32,000 nt of DNA from Thermofilum pendens Hrk 5 (GCF_000015225.1 NC_008698.1:810001-842000); one strand, 5' to 3'; positions 1 to 9,139 are shown, counted from the first letter of the stretch. The notes: generated from the letters alone by a model not told the origin. Numbers and translations: made by a program.

Positions 1-481
1 AGGGAGCCAGGGCGGGGTGCTGGCGCCTAGCGCCGAAGGATAACACGAGCTTATCGCCCGCTGCTTTCTTGACCCTGGCGGCCTTAGTCGCTATGCCGCT
101 GGCAGACGCCAGGAAGCCGAGCAGCGGGGTTTCCAGCTCTACGAACTCGCCGTAAGGTCCTTCCACAGTTAAGACGGGGATCTTGTAGCCGTAGTAGTCC
201 TGCGCCTTGAAGAGCGTGCCCTCCGGGAGAGCGCGCACCGTGACCCTCTTACCCTCCAACAGCTTCAATACCTCTCTCAAACCCGCGAAGACGCCCCACC
301 GGTAGTCCTCAGGCAACCGGCTAGCGGTAACCTCCATGTGAACCTCGGCGTCGAGCAACCCGTACTTTTCGAGGATCCTACGGGTCCTGACGAAGTAGAT
401 GTCCGTGGTCAGCCCGGCCTTGATTTCATCGAAGGTTGCGTAGATGAAACGCTTCTCCCATGCTTCGCTTCTTTGAGCCAC
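1..481 (-). CDS. nicotinate phosphoribosyltransferase-like protein, N-terminal part (3' end runs off the window)
   Basis: Minus-strand frame is open from GTG (complement of 479-481, preceded in frame by TAA) to the window edge. It is absent from the ORF track because there is no stop in the window. My translation VAQRSEAWEKRFIYATFDEIKAGLTTDIYFVRTRRILEKYGLLDAEVHMEV...LKLLEG...ETPLLGFLASASGIATKAARVKKAAG matches the N-terminal pattern of archaeal NAPRTases as I recall them. Confidence 0.7.
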   Translation of the reverse strand, partial: MAQRSEAWEKRFIYATFDEIKAGLTTDIYFVRTRRILEKYGLLDAEVHMEVTASRLPEDYRWGVFAGLREVLKLLEGKRVTVRALPEGTLFKAQDYYGYKIPVLTVEGPYGEFVELETPLLGFLASASGIATKAARVKKAAGDKLVLSFGARRQHPALAP

Positions 482-532
482 AACTTAGTACGTAAAGGTC
501 ACGCTCTTAAGAGTTTCTCTACGCGAGCGTTG

Positions 533-877
533 CTACAGAGGCTCGCGGCGCTGTAGGGCTCTTTCTCTGCCCTCCTCCCGCGGCTGGCGGGCTACCTCTC
601 CGTCCGCCTCGCCGGAGTACTGTGCTTCGTCTGTGATACCGTGGAGCAGGACCTCATTGTTGATGAAGAGCTCGACCCTTTTAGAGTTACGTACCTCTCT
701 GATAAGCCCGACTCTCTCCAGTATGACTAGGTGCCCGCTCAGGGAGCCTATGCTGACTCCGAGGCTTCTGGACAGCTGCCTAATGGACGCCCCAGGGTTG
801 TCCAGTAGGTACGTGACGATCCTCCTCCTGAGAGGGTTCTTTAGAGCCTCCCTGAGCGTCAGCACCTTCGAAGGCAT
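533..877 (-). CDS. ArsR-family winged-helix transcriptional regulator
   Basis: This is the C-terminal 114 codons of track ORF 533..1327, starting at a true ATG (complement of 875-877). MPSKVLTLREALKNPLRRRIVTYLLDNPGASIRQLSRSLGVSIGSLSGHLVILERVGLIREV is a typical ArsR/SmtB HTH. The upstream part of the track ORF is R/P-rich and overlaps the helicase gene, so I trimmed it. Confidence 0.8.
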   Translation of the reverse strand: MPSKVLTLREALKNPLRRRIVTYLLDNPGASIRQLSRSLGVSIGSLSGHLVILERVGLIREVRNSKRVELFINNEVLLHGITDEAQYSGEADGEVARQPREEGRERALQRREPL

Positions 878-939
878 TAGCCCTGCACCTTGCTGTGGAA
901 GAGGTGAAGGAGATCTAGATAAACCTTTTTTGACGCGCG

Positions 940-3180
940 CTACACGAGAGGCTTGCCGTACCTCTCGGGGCTTCTGCCCGCGATCCTCAGCGATAGTACC
1001 TCGCCGAGAACCTGGGAGGCTTTCCGCCTCGAGAGTATCCTGTTGTTGTTGCCGCAGTAAGGAGAGAAAATGCACTTGGGGCATCCATCCTCGCAGGTGC
1101 ACCTCGAGACTATGTCGAACGCCTTGTGCAGAGCTTCTTTGAGCCTCTCCAAGAGTTGCTTCGTTACGCCCGACCCTCCCGGGAAGGCGTCGTAGATGTA
1201 TATGTGGCCGGAGGGGAAGCTGATGCCACCCATGTCTGTCGGCGCAGCGCCTACGACGAGCTGCCCCGCGTAGATCAGGGCGTGTTCTACTGCGTGGAAG
1301 GCTTCCGCGTTTTGAAGCTCGCTCCACTGGGGGTTAGGCTGCATCTCCAGGAGCAACCCCTTCGTCTTGAACCTGTAGGTGAGCTCCTCCTCGAGTATCT
1401 TCTGCGAAATGACGTGGCCCTCTGGGAAGCTCTTCGTGACGTAGCCGTAGACGTGATCCGCAACCTCGAGCTCCAGGTAGGAGACGCGTATCCCGAAAAC
1501 GCTCCTCTCGTCGAGGACCTCATTCTCGAACGGCCAGGTGTAGTATAGCGGCGAGGTCGTCACGGGTATCGTGGACGTCGGTAGAAGCTTGACCCTCGCC
1601 TTCCTACCTTCTATGCCCAGGGAGATGTAGGGAGTTCCCCCATGGATATAGATAGCTCCCGGGTAGAGCTCCTTTATCGCCTGGGGCATCTCCCGGAACC
1701 CGATGACCTTGCCTGTATCCGTTACTATCTTCACCTGCTCCCCTATACCCCTGATGTTGTCGCGGGACGCCAGGAACCTTAACCCCCTGCTTGTCGGCTC
1801 GACGAACCCTCCCGGGGCTAGCCTCAGCAACCCCTCTTCTAGTAGCTTCTCGCATACTCTGCGCTCAGCCCCGCCTAGGCTGTCCAGCCTGAACGGCGCA
1901 TCCTGAGCCATAGCCACCAGGTGTACGCGCATAACTTCCTCGTTTAGGGGATCGAGGAACACCGGGTCCGGCTTTTGGTTGAAAAACTCCGCGGGGTTTC
2001 TCTCATAGTACGAGCTTATCGGGTCGTCCCCGAGGATCATGACGACGTACCCCGTCCTGCCCCGCCGCCCCACCCTGCCGGCTCTCTGCACGTACTTGCT
2101 GAACGTGGGAGGCACGCCGTACAGCACGACGGCGTCGAGCTCGCCTATGTCTATCCCTAGCTCCAGCGTAGGGGTCGTCACGACGGCGTCGAGCTCCCCC
2201 TTCCTGAGCTTCTCCTCGACGCTCCTTCTGTGGCTCGGGAGAAGCCCCGCCCTGTGCACGGAGACTTTAAGCCCCTCGCGTTGCGCTAGGACGCTGAGGC
2301 TCTCCGCCACCTTGTGGCTGTCCACGAAAAGTAACGTCCGCAGACGCCGCTCAGCGAGGATCTTCAAGAGGCGCAGCGCCTCCGCCATGCGTGACCTCGC
2401 CGCGGGCCTTACCATCACGTGGTACACGGGGGCACGCCGGGTCAGACCGGCTTCGACAACCCTGCACTCCTCTCCGAAGAGCTTTTGGGAGAACTCGCGC
2501 GGGTTTCCTATGGTGGCTGAGGAGGCCACGAAGACTGCGTCCGCTGGCATGAACCTCTTCATGCGCTTTAAGACGTAGTGAACGTGGGACCCGAAAACCC
2601 CGCTATATATATGCGCATCGTCCAACACGACGAACTTGGCTTTCTCGAGTATAGGCTTCACGCCTTCCCCTCTGCGCAGGCTCAGGTGGAGCATGTCCGG
2701 GTTCGTTACGAGTAGCCTGGGCGGGTACACTTGTAGCATCTCGCGCTCCTTCTCAGGGGTATCCCCGTCGTACACGGAGACCCTGAAGCCGAAGACAGCC
2801 CCGGCGTACGAGTATATCCTCTCCACCTGGTCCCTTGCGAGCGCCTTCGTAGGGTACACCAGGATGCCGGTCTCCTCGGGCTCCCTATAGAGCCTCTCCA
2901 GGATTGGTACCAGGAACGCCTCCGTCTTCCCAGTACCGGTACCCGCTATTATGAGCGTGTTGTTCCCGGACCTTATCGACTCGATAGCCTCAGCCTGAAA
3001 CCTGTAGAGCCTCGCTATACCCCTGCTTTTCAAAGCCTTGACGAGCACCTCTTCCTTTACGACCTCCTCCACGGGGGGCCCGGGCTCAGGCTCCCTAGGG
3101 CTCTCGAAGAAGACGTAGACTACCCTGTGGCCGCTGTCGTTCCTCAAAGCCTCGAGTACGTCGTCCGAGGACACCGCCAC
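940..3180 (-). CDS. DEAD/DEAH-box (SF2) helicase with C-terminal DUF1998/MZB zinc-binding domain (YprA/MrfA/Hrq1-like)
   Basis: Helicase motifs present: AGTGTGKTEAF (I), PTKALARDQ (Ia), VLDDAH (II), SSAT (III), QRAGRVGRRG (VI). C-terminal CTCEDGCPKCIFSPYCGNNN is the DUF1998 cysteine cluster. The longest ORF reaches GTG at 3318 but would overlap the divergent TIP49 gene by 39 nt. I prefer the in-frame GTG at 3180 (VAVSSDD...), about 35 nt downstream of a minus-strand TATA-like TTTAAAG (plus 3211-3218). The start remains uncertain. Confidence 0.85.
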   Translation of the reverse strand: MAVSSDDVLEALRNDSGHRVVYVFFESPREPEPGPPVEEVVKEEVLVKALKSRGIARLYRFQAEAIESIRSGNNTLIIAGTGTGKTEAFLVPILERLYREPEETGILVYPTKALARDQVERIYSYAGAVFGFRVSVYDGDTPEKEREMLQVYPPRLLVTNPDMLHLSLRRGEGVKPILEKAKFVVLDDAHIYSGVFGSHVHYVLKRMKRFMPADAVFVASSATIGNPREFSQKLFGEECRVVEAGLTRRAPVYHVMVRPAARSRMAEALRLLKILAERRLRTLLFVDSHKVAESLSVLAQREGLKVSVHRAGLLPSHRRSVEEKLRKGELDAVVTTPTLELGIDIGELDAVVLYGVPPTFSKYVQRAGRVGRRGRTGYVVMILGDDPISSYYERNPAEFFNQKPDPVFLDPLNEEVMRVHLVAMAQDAPFRLDSLGGAERRVCEKLLEEGLLRLAPGGFVEPTSRGLRFLASRDNIRGIGEQVKIVTDTGKVIGFREMPQAIKELYPGAIYIHGGTPYISLGIEGRKARVKLLPTSTIPVTTSPLYYTWPFENEVLDERSVFGIRVSYLELEVADHVYGYVTKSFPEGHVISQKILEEELTYRFKTKGLLLEMQPNPQWSELQNAEAFHAVEHALIYAGQLVVGAAPTDMGGISFPSGHIYIYDAFPGGSGVTKQLLERLKEALHKAFDIVSRCTCEDGCPKCIFSPYCGNNNRILSRRKASQVLGEVLSLRIAGRSPERYGKPLV

Positions 3181-3279
3181 TCGCCGCGCGCTATAATCTA
3201 CGCATGCTAGCTTTAAACCTAAACGCGCGTAGCTTGCGCGAAGGCTTTTTAACTCCTGCGTTATTGAGGAGATATTTCG

Positions 3280-4605
3280 ATGATGAAGAGCGGGGAGAGG
3301 ATCGGGGTTCACAGCCACATCAAAGGCCTCGGGATAAGGAACAACGAGCCGCTACCAGTGGCAGACGGCCTCGTGGGGCAGATAGAGGCTAGGCGGGCGG
3401 CGTGGCTCGTAGTCCAGTTAATCAAGGCTGGCAAGATGGCTGGGAGGGCGATCCTGCTTGTCGGTCCTCCCGGCACCGGGAAAACTGCTATCGCGGTCGC
3501 GATCGCTAGGGAGCTCGGCCCGGAGACTCCCTTCATGGCCCTCTCGGGTAGCGAGATTTACTCCGCGGAGCTGAAGAAGACAGAGGTTCTCATGCAGGCG
3601 TTGAGAAAGTCCATAGGCGTAAGGATAAGGGAAAGGCGCTGGATCTACGAGGGAGTGGTCGACAAGGTGGACTACAAATTCGACAGGCACCCGCTTAACC
3701 CGTACGTACAAGTACCCGTTGGCGGGACGATTACGCTCAGGACGGAGAAGGAGACCAGGAGCCTACGCGTAGACTCGAACATAGTCTACCAGCTTCTCCA
3801 GAAGGGCGTTGAGGAGGGCGACGTGATCTGGATAGACGAGGAGACGGGTAGGGTTACGCGCGTGGGTAGGGCTAAGGGCGCGGCGAACTACGACGTGGGG
3901 GTGCGGGAGCTCGTCGACGTGCCGTCGGGCCCCGTCTACAAGGAGAAGGAGTTCGTGTACACGCTCACACTACACCAGCTCGACGAGATGCATGCTAGGA
4001 GCGAGAGCCTGCTCTCCCTGATTTTCGGTGCCCCGGAGTACAGGGAGATTCCCCCGGACGTCAGGGCTAAGGTGGATAAGACCGTGAAGGAGTGGGTGGA
4101 CAGCGGGAGGGCTGAGCTCATACCCGGTGTTCTCTTCATCGACGATGCTCACATGCTAGACATAGAGGCTTTCAGCTTCCTCTCAAGAGCCATGGAGAGC
4201 GAGCTAAGCCCCATAATTATACTCGCGACGAACCGCGGCTTCACGAAGATCAGGGGGACAGACGTGGAGGCGCCGCACGGAATGCCCCTAGACCTTCTGG
4301 ATAGGCTCCTGATAATCAAGACGAAGCCGTATACTGCGGATGAGATAAGGGAGATACTCAAGATCAGGGCGAAAGAGGAGGGCGTCACGCTCGACGAGCA
4401 GGCGCTGGAAGAGCTCGTTAGGCTGGGAACGGAGAGAAGCCTGCGCTACGCTGCGCATCTCTTAGCGCCCGCAAAGATACTAGCCGAGCAGAGGGGTAAG
4501 AGCTCCGTGGGAGTAGAAGAAGTGAGGGAGGTGAGCACGCTGTTCATAAGCACGAGGGAATCGGCGCAGTACCTTAAGGAGTTCGAGGAGAAAATGTTAA
4601 AATAG
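3280..4605 (+). CDS. TIP49 / RuvB-like AAA+ ATPase
   Basis: N-terminus ERIGVHSHIKGLGI, Walker A GPPGTGKTAIA and Walker B-like VLFIDDAHMLD, at a length (441 aa) typical of RuvBL/TIP49. ATG start sits about 30 nt downstream of CTTTTTAA (3245-3252). Confidence 0.85.
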   Translation: MMKSGERIGVHSHIKGLGIRNNEPLPVADGLVGQIEARRAAWLVVQLIKAGKMAGRAILLVGPPGTGKTAIAVAIARELGPETPFMALSGSEIYSAELKKTEVLMQALRKSIGVRIRERRWIYEGVVDKVDYKFDRHPLNPYVQVPVGGTITLRTEKETRSLRVDSNIVYQLLQKGVEEGDVIWIDEETGRVTRVGRAKGAANYDVGVRELVDVPSGPVYKEKEFVYTLTLHQLDEMHARSESLLSLIFGAPEYREIPPDVRAKVDKTVKEWVDSGRAELIPGVLFIDDAHMLDIEAFSFLSRAMESELSPIIILATNRGFTKIRGTDVEAPHGMPLDLLDRLLIIKTKPYTADEIREILKIRAKEEGVTLDEQALEELVRLGTERSLRYAAHLLAPAKILAEQRGKSSVGVEEVREVSTLFISTRESAQYLKEFEEKMLK

Positions 4606-4663
4606 CGTGAATCCTGCGCATCAATGCCTTTCGGGCGCACAAAAAGGGTAGATTTTTGCGTGT

Positions 4664-5509
4664 TTAGCCTTTGTAGAATATTAGTTTTAATGCTCCGATG
4701 TACGGTATTACGATCTGAACCTTTCCGTATATCGCGTCTTTACCTAGCACGATGTTGTCAGCCTGGGGGTTGGCGTCTCCCTTAGTTACGTACTTGCCGT
4801 TCACCGATAAAACTATTCGGTGAACTATGAGCTCTCCTCCTCTCTCGTATATCACGATATCGCCGAGTGTGTAGCTGTTCCCCCCGGCGACTACCACGAC
4901 GTCTCCAACGTGTAGCACGGGCTCCATGGACCAGCTCGAAACAACGGCTAGGGGGACGGGGGTTGAGAGCACGAATCGAAGCGATAACAAGAAGACCAGC
5001 AACCCCACTATAGTCAAAGCATACAATACAATTTCCCTCCAACCCCCAACCACTACGCCTCTAGACTCACTCCGGCGCTCCTGGCTGCTCGGTGTGCTTA
5101 CTTCTTTGCGGAAGGCGAGCAGTGTTAGAATGAGAACTACAAGCCCCATGTCTAGGAAGAATGGGCTATGCTCGCCAACGAGGTAGAACAGGGGCATGAG
5201 CTGTACTCGTACGTACCTGCTGACAACCCAGAGCTGGGAGTAGTGGAAAGTCACGAAGGCGGCCGAGCTGCCCAGGAAGACTTTCTTCAGAAAATAACGC
5301 TTTTCCGAGTACGTTGCCCCCGAGAATATCCACAGGAGGAGTGCGACGAACATCCCCCTCCAGGGGTAGTACCATGCGTACTGTACTCCGAACGGGTACT
5401 TCGAGAGAAAGTTCTCTATGGGTATAAGCATCGCGAGCGAAGAAACTACCGCGGGACCAACGATCGCCGCCACGTCTAACGCGAGTTCTCTTGAAAGTTG
5501 CACTTTCAT
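4664..5509 (-). CDS. signal peptidase I, archaeal/ER type (S26B), with a long polytopic N-terminal extension
   Basis: The C-terminal ~90 aa carry the S26 boxes SWSMEP (Ser), GDVVVV, HRIV (His) and GDANPQAD. About 190 aa with roughly 5 hydrophobic segments precede them. The track start at 5524 is GTG; I use the true ATG at 5509 (MKVQLSREL). Confidence 0.8.
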   Translation of the reverse strand: MKVQLSRELALDVAAIVGPAVVSSLAMLIPIENFLSKYPFGVQYAWYYPWRGMFVALLLWIFSGATYSEKRYFLKKVFLGSSAAFVTFHYSQLWVVSRYVRVQLMPLFYLVGEHSPFFLDMGLVVLILTLLAFRKEVSTPSSQERRSESRGVVVGGWREIVLYALTIVGLLVFLLSLRFVLSTPVPLAVVSSWSMEPVLHVGDVVVVAGGNSYTLGDIVIYERGGELIVHRIVLSVNGKYVTKGDANPQADNIVLGKDAIYGKVQIVIPYIGALKLIFYKG

Positions 5510-5610
5510 AGGTACCCGTCTCACTGCGCCGCGTCCGCCAATAAAAACATCGCGCGTAGAGTATCGATAGATTGAATAAGCGCACAGTTTCTTGTACCTG
5601 CTGACCGTGG

Positions 5611-6753
5611 ATGGAGGCAGGCAGTCTCTTCGCGTTGCTGGTTGCGGCCGGGCTCTACATGCTCGTATATCTGGTGCTCAGGGCGAGGAGCGGTGTTGCG
5701 GGCACGTGGCTCGAACTTCAGGGCGGCGTTGTAGTGTTGAAGACTAGGAGGCTTAACAGGCTAGTGGAGGATGTCGGCAAGAAGTATAAGCGGCTAATGG
5801 GCCTTGTAGGGGATCTCGGCGTAGTAACGGGGATCGCTCTTGGAGCCTACGGAGTATTCTTCCTGCACGACAACCTCTTCAAGTTGCTTACCGCGAGCCC
5901 GGGGGCGAGCCCTGTATCGCCGCTGGTACCTGGGGTCACAGTCGGACTGAACGAGCTTGCCTACTTCCTACTGGCGGTAGCGGTAACGCTAATCCCCCAC
6001 GAGCTTTCACACGCTTTCCAGGCGGCGGCCGAAGGCGTCAGGATAAAGTCCATGGGTGTATTCCTCGCGTTCCTAGTACCTGGAGGCTTCGCCGAGATAG
6101 ATGAGGACGAGCTGGACAGCAAGCCCCTCAGGAGTAAGCTGAGAGTGCTCGCCGCCGGGAGCTTCGCCAACATCGCCACGTTCCTTCTACTAGTGGCGCT
6201 GTTCTACCTCGTACTCTTCACACCCCTAGCCCCCAGGCCCAACGGTGTCCTGGTGTCGGGGGTTATCCAGGGGTCTCCGGCCTTCCAAAGGCTTCAACCG
6301 GGCGACGTAATAGTAGCGGTGAACGGGACCCCAACGCCTACTCTGGAAGGCTTCTCAAAGGTCATGGAGCGCTCAGCCCCGGGTAGGCTCATAAAACTCA
6401 CGGTGATGAGGGGCAGCGTGCTCGTGAATTACTCCTTGGTGCTAGCCCAGCACCCGGAGAGCCCGGGGAGGGGGTTCATAGGCGTGAAGATCGACCAGAG
6501 CTACTCCAACGAATGGCTCTACAGGGCTTTTTGGTGGATGTTGGTGGTGACGTCGAGTGTCGCCATCATAAACATGTTGCCGATAGTCCCGCTGGACGGA
6601 GGAAAACTCCTCAGCTACTTGCTCCAGGCAGTCGCGCCTGGGCGTGCATCCAAGGTGGCTGTGTGGGCCTGTAGCGCTTATATGCTCATAGTACTTTTGG
6701 CAAGCATGGCGACATCGGCCGGCGTCTTCGGGCTCGCGCCACTAACCCCCTAA
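5611..6753 (+). CDS. site-2 protease family (M50) zinc metalloprotease with PDZ domain
   Basis: HELSHAF (HExxH) lies in a TM segment. NMLPIVPLDGG is the NxxPxxxLDG motif. A PDZ-like segment is GVIQGSPAFQRLQPGDVIVAVNG. ATG start. Confidence 0.88.
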   Translation: MEAGSLFALLVAAGLYMLVYLVLRARSGVAGTWLELQGGVVVLKTRRLNRLVEDVGKKYKRLMGLVGDLGVVTGIALGAYGVFFLHDNLFKLLTASPGASPVSPLVPGVTVGLNELAYFLLAVAVTLIPHELSHAFQAAAEGVRIKSMGVFLAFLVPGGFAEIDEDELDSKPLRSKLRVLAAGSFANIATFLLLVALFYLVLFTPLAPRPNGVLVSGVIQGSPAFQRLQPGDVIVAVNGTPTPTLEGFSKVMERSAPGRLIKLTVMRGSVLVNYSLVLAQHPESPGRGFIGVKIDQSYSNEWLYRAFWWMLVVTSSVAIINMLPIVPLDGGKLLSYLLQAVAPGRASKVAVWACSAYMLIVLLASMATSAGVFGLAPLTP

Positions 6754-6883
6754 CCCCGGGCCTTCAGGGTTTCTAGTAAACGCTACAAGCTCCACGGACA
6801 TCCGCTTGTTCTCTCATCGCTCCTTTAGCGCCTCCCCCTACGGGTCGGGGGGCTCTTAGAGAAGGACGAAAGCGTCCCGAAGA

Positions 6884-7591
6884 TCAACCTACTTCTACCT
6901 CGGCGCCCGCGCCCGGTACATCGTACTCTAAGGGGTGTTTGTTGAGCGTTTTCACTATGCTCCTCCTAGCCTCTAGGCTCGTTGAGTGTAGCGGGAAGAC
7001 TAGGCTTAGGCCCCCGCGCGCGAGCCGCCTTAGGAACCTCATGTTGACGAAGTCCCGGGTACTTATCCCCAGGCCGCCGACTAGGCCGTAGAGCTTCAAC
7101 GAGCCTTTGAGAATCCAGCCGAACGTCTCGTAAAAGCCGTGCACGCTGCACCCCGTTATGAGGACTGCTCCCAGCTCCAAGGACACCATGAGGGCCTGCT
7201 CATTCCAGTGGCTCGGAGACATCACCAGGTAGAAGCCCGGCAAGTGCGGTAGCTCGGATATGCTAGCCTCACGCGGCTCCGGGAGCACCCTTCGGGGCTT
7301 GATAACCGGTATGCGGCGATCTAGTATTTTAAAGCCGCCCACGTGGTGGTAGAGCGGCAGGCTTCCCACTGCGAAGTCAGGCTTAAGGTCTACCCCCATT
7401 ATCTTCGCATTGTAGAGTAGTATTCTTCCGGAGGGACCCGCGTCGAAGAGCAATCTCTTTTCGTACCCCCTGTACCTAGCCTCTACGAGGATGGATAAGC
7501 CGTGAGCAGGGACGACACCCTCCACAGACGGGACGTCGTCTACAAGTACCTTCAACGTTAAAGAGACAGGGGCTTCGCCAGTACCCGTCAT
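6884..7591 (-). CDS. metallo-beta-lactamase-fold protein (COG1237-like) with a degenerate HxHxDH motif
   Basis: LKVLVDD...AHGLSILVE...LLFDAGPSGRILLYNAKIMGVDL follows the COG1237 MBL pattern. The position of HxHxDH reads SLPLYHHVGG. I trimmed to ATG at 7591 (MTGTGE) because the track start at 7693 would overlap the upstream Hjc gene by 82 nt. Confidence 0.6.
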   Translation of the reverse strand: MTGTGEAPVSLTLKVLVDDVPSVEGVVPAHGLSILVEARYRGYEKRLLFDAGPSGRILLYNAKIMGVDLKPDFAVGSLPLYHHVGGFKILDRRIPVIKPRRVLPEPREASISELPHLPGFYLVMSPSHWNEQALMVSLELGAVLITGCSVHGFYETFGWILKGSLKLYGLVGGLGISTRDFVNMRFLRRLARGGLSLVFPLHSTSLEARRSIVKTLNKHPLEYDVPGAGAEVEVG

Positions 7592-7611
7592 GGCGCGCAA
7601 CACTCCCCCGG

Positions 7612-8007
7612 CTAGGGCTTCCAGTCGCTCTCGTCTTCGCTCGTTATCACGATGTCCGAGGCGAAAAGCCCGTCGACCCTCCTGAATACCCACTTCCCCT
7701 CAGAGGAAAACCATACTGCTATCACAGCCTCCCTCGTCTTGTACTTTTTGAACGCCTCCAGGAACCGGAACAGCTTGGAGACCTGGTGCGCCTTAACCTT
7801 CACCTTGGAATTCACCGTAGTCTTTACCTCGAAGGCGACGACTCGATCCTCCACGTTGTTTACCAGGAACACGTCGGGGAAGTTCTCGCCTACCCCGCTC
7901 ACGGGCACCCTGAAGACGTAGTTTTCCCTGTTCGACGACAGCATCTTAACGAGTCTTCTCTCCACGTTGAATGCTTTCTGTCTTCTGCTAACTACTTCTC
8001 TAGACAT
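7612..8007 (-). CDS. hjc: Holliday junction resolvase Hjc
   Basis: FNVERRLVKML...FRVPVSG...FPDVFLVN...VAFEVKTT carries the E...PD...E-V-K archaeal resolvase signature at the right size (131 aa). True ATG at 8007; the track start at 8013 is TTG. Confidence 0.8.
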   Translation of the reverse strand: MSREVVSRRQKAFNVERRLVKMLSSNRENYVFRVPVSGVGENFPDVFLVNNVEDRVVAFEVKTTVNSKVKVKAHQVSKLFRFLEAFKKYKTREAVIAVWFSSEGKWVFRRVDGLFASDIVITSEDESDWKP

Positions 8008-8065
8008 GCACAATCTCTAAGTTTTTATCGCGCGCCACACCTATATAAGCGCACAGCGCGCGCGT

Positions 8066-9127
8066 CTAAGTCTTCATCTTCTCGGTAAGTATTGATTGAA
8101 GCTCTTTAGCAATGTGCCGTACGGGGTCTTGGAAAAGTTTGCTTGCTTTTGCCTTTACCTTCATCTTGCCTTCTATGCTTTGATCAGCTCTTAAAATGCG
8201 GGGCAAGTTTTCCAGTGTTACACCGCTGTACACTGGGAAGCCGTTCGCCCGCAGGTACTCGTGTACCTCTACTCTGCCAGGAAACGTTGTTATAGCCGGT
8301 GTACCGAGTAGCGCAGACTCCGTCGCGATGGTCCCTCCGCCCGTGATAACGAGGCGGGCAAAGAACTCGAGGTGTACGAGTACCTCGGCTCGCTCTAGGA
8401 AGACTAGCCTACCTTCGTACCCGCTCAGCCCCTTAGCTAAAGCCGTCTTCTGCTCGGGGTAGCGCGGGTATAGCAAGACCTTCATGTCCGTTTTCCGCAG
8501 AATGTACCTAGTCATTCTGAGAGGCACTTCGAGCGCGGCGCGCGGCTCCTTGTAGTAGAAAGCCTTTTCCTCTCCTGTTCTCACGATCACGTAGTTGAGC
8601 GGTTCGAGGCCCAGGGACCGGGGAACCCTCTCGTCCGGCTGGGTTCTAGCGACCCAGGCTACCTCGAATACTCCTCTGAAGGGGCTTATACGCGTTAACC
8701 TCGCGTAGTCCTCGAAGTACGCGGCGACAGGCTGGGGAACCACAAGCACCTCTGCTAGCGGTATTACCAGCCTGGACACTATGGTCGAGTGGGGTGTGTC
8801 GTTGCAAGCTACAACGGGTATGCCTACTCCGTAGGCTACTCGAGCGCTATCAGGAGACACGAAGGTTACGTGGGCATCAGGGTTCTTCGACTCCACCAGT
8901 CGTAGTAGCGAGGCCTGCCTCCGAAGGCTCTCGGCAACCTTCCCCCGAGGGGTCCGCCCCCCGTGCCTACCAACTACGTAGTACTCTTTCCACAGCTTTC
9001 CCGCGAGCTCTCTGTTCAGGTCGTAGTCCCTGGTTGTGAGGAAGAACTCGTAGCCTGGAAGCTCGTGCTGGAGGTACGAGAAGAGAAGCACCTGTTTAGG
9101 GGTCAGCGCTTCGACCCACACGCGCAC
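8066..9127 (-). CDS. DUF354-family protein (GT-B / epimerase-like fold)
   Basis: N-terminus MRVWVEALTPKQVLLF resembles the MKIWIDITNPPHVHFF start of DUF354 proteins as I recall it. Length 353 aa, with a C-terminal GGGTIATESALLGTP nucleotide-sugar-enzyme-like motif. GTG start. The family call is from memory only. Confidence 0.55.
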   Translation of the reverse strand: MRVWVEALTPKQVLLFSYLQHELPGYEFFLTTRDYDLNRELAGKLWKEYYVVGRHGGRTPRGKVAESLRRQASLLRLVESKNPDAHVTFVSPDSARVAYGVGIPVVACNDTPHSTIVSRLVIPLAEVLVVPQPVAAYFEDYARLTRISPFRGVFEVAWVARTQPDERVPRSLGLEPLNYVIVRTGEEKAFYYKEPRAALEVPLRMTRYILRKTDMKVLLYPRYPEQKTALAKGLSGYEGRLVFLERAEVLVHLEFFARLVITGGGTIATESALLGTPAITTFPGRVEVHEYLRANGFPVYSGVTLENLPRILRADQSIEGKMKVKAKASKLFQDPVRHIAKELQSILTEKMKT

Positions 9128-9139
9128 CGTGGCTCACGC

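Noticed and set aside
533-3711. Many 60-180-aa ORFs overlapping the helicase and TIP49 genes (e.g. 633..1142, 1126..1548, 2039..2578, 3418..3711), plus similar antisense ORFs throughout the window.
   Set aside because: They are R/S/P-rich shadow frames of strongly supported genes. None has a recognisable motif or its own promoter-like signal.
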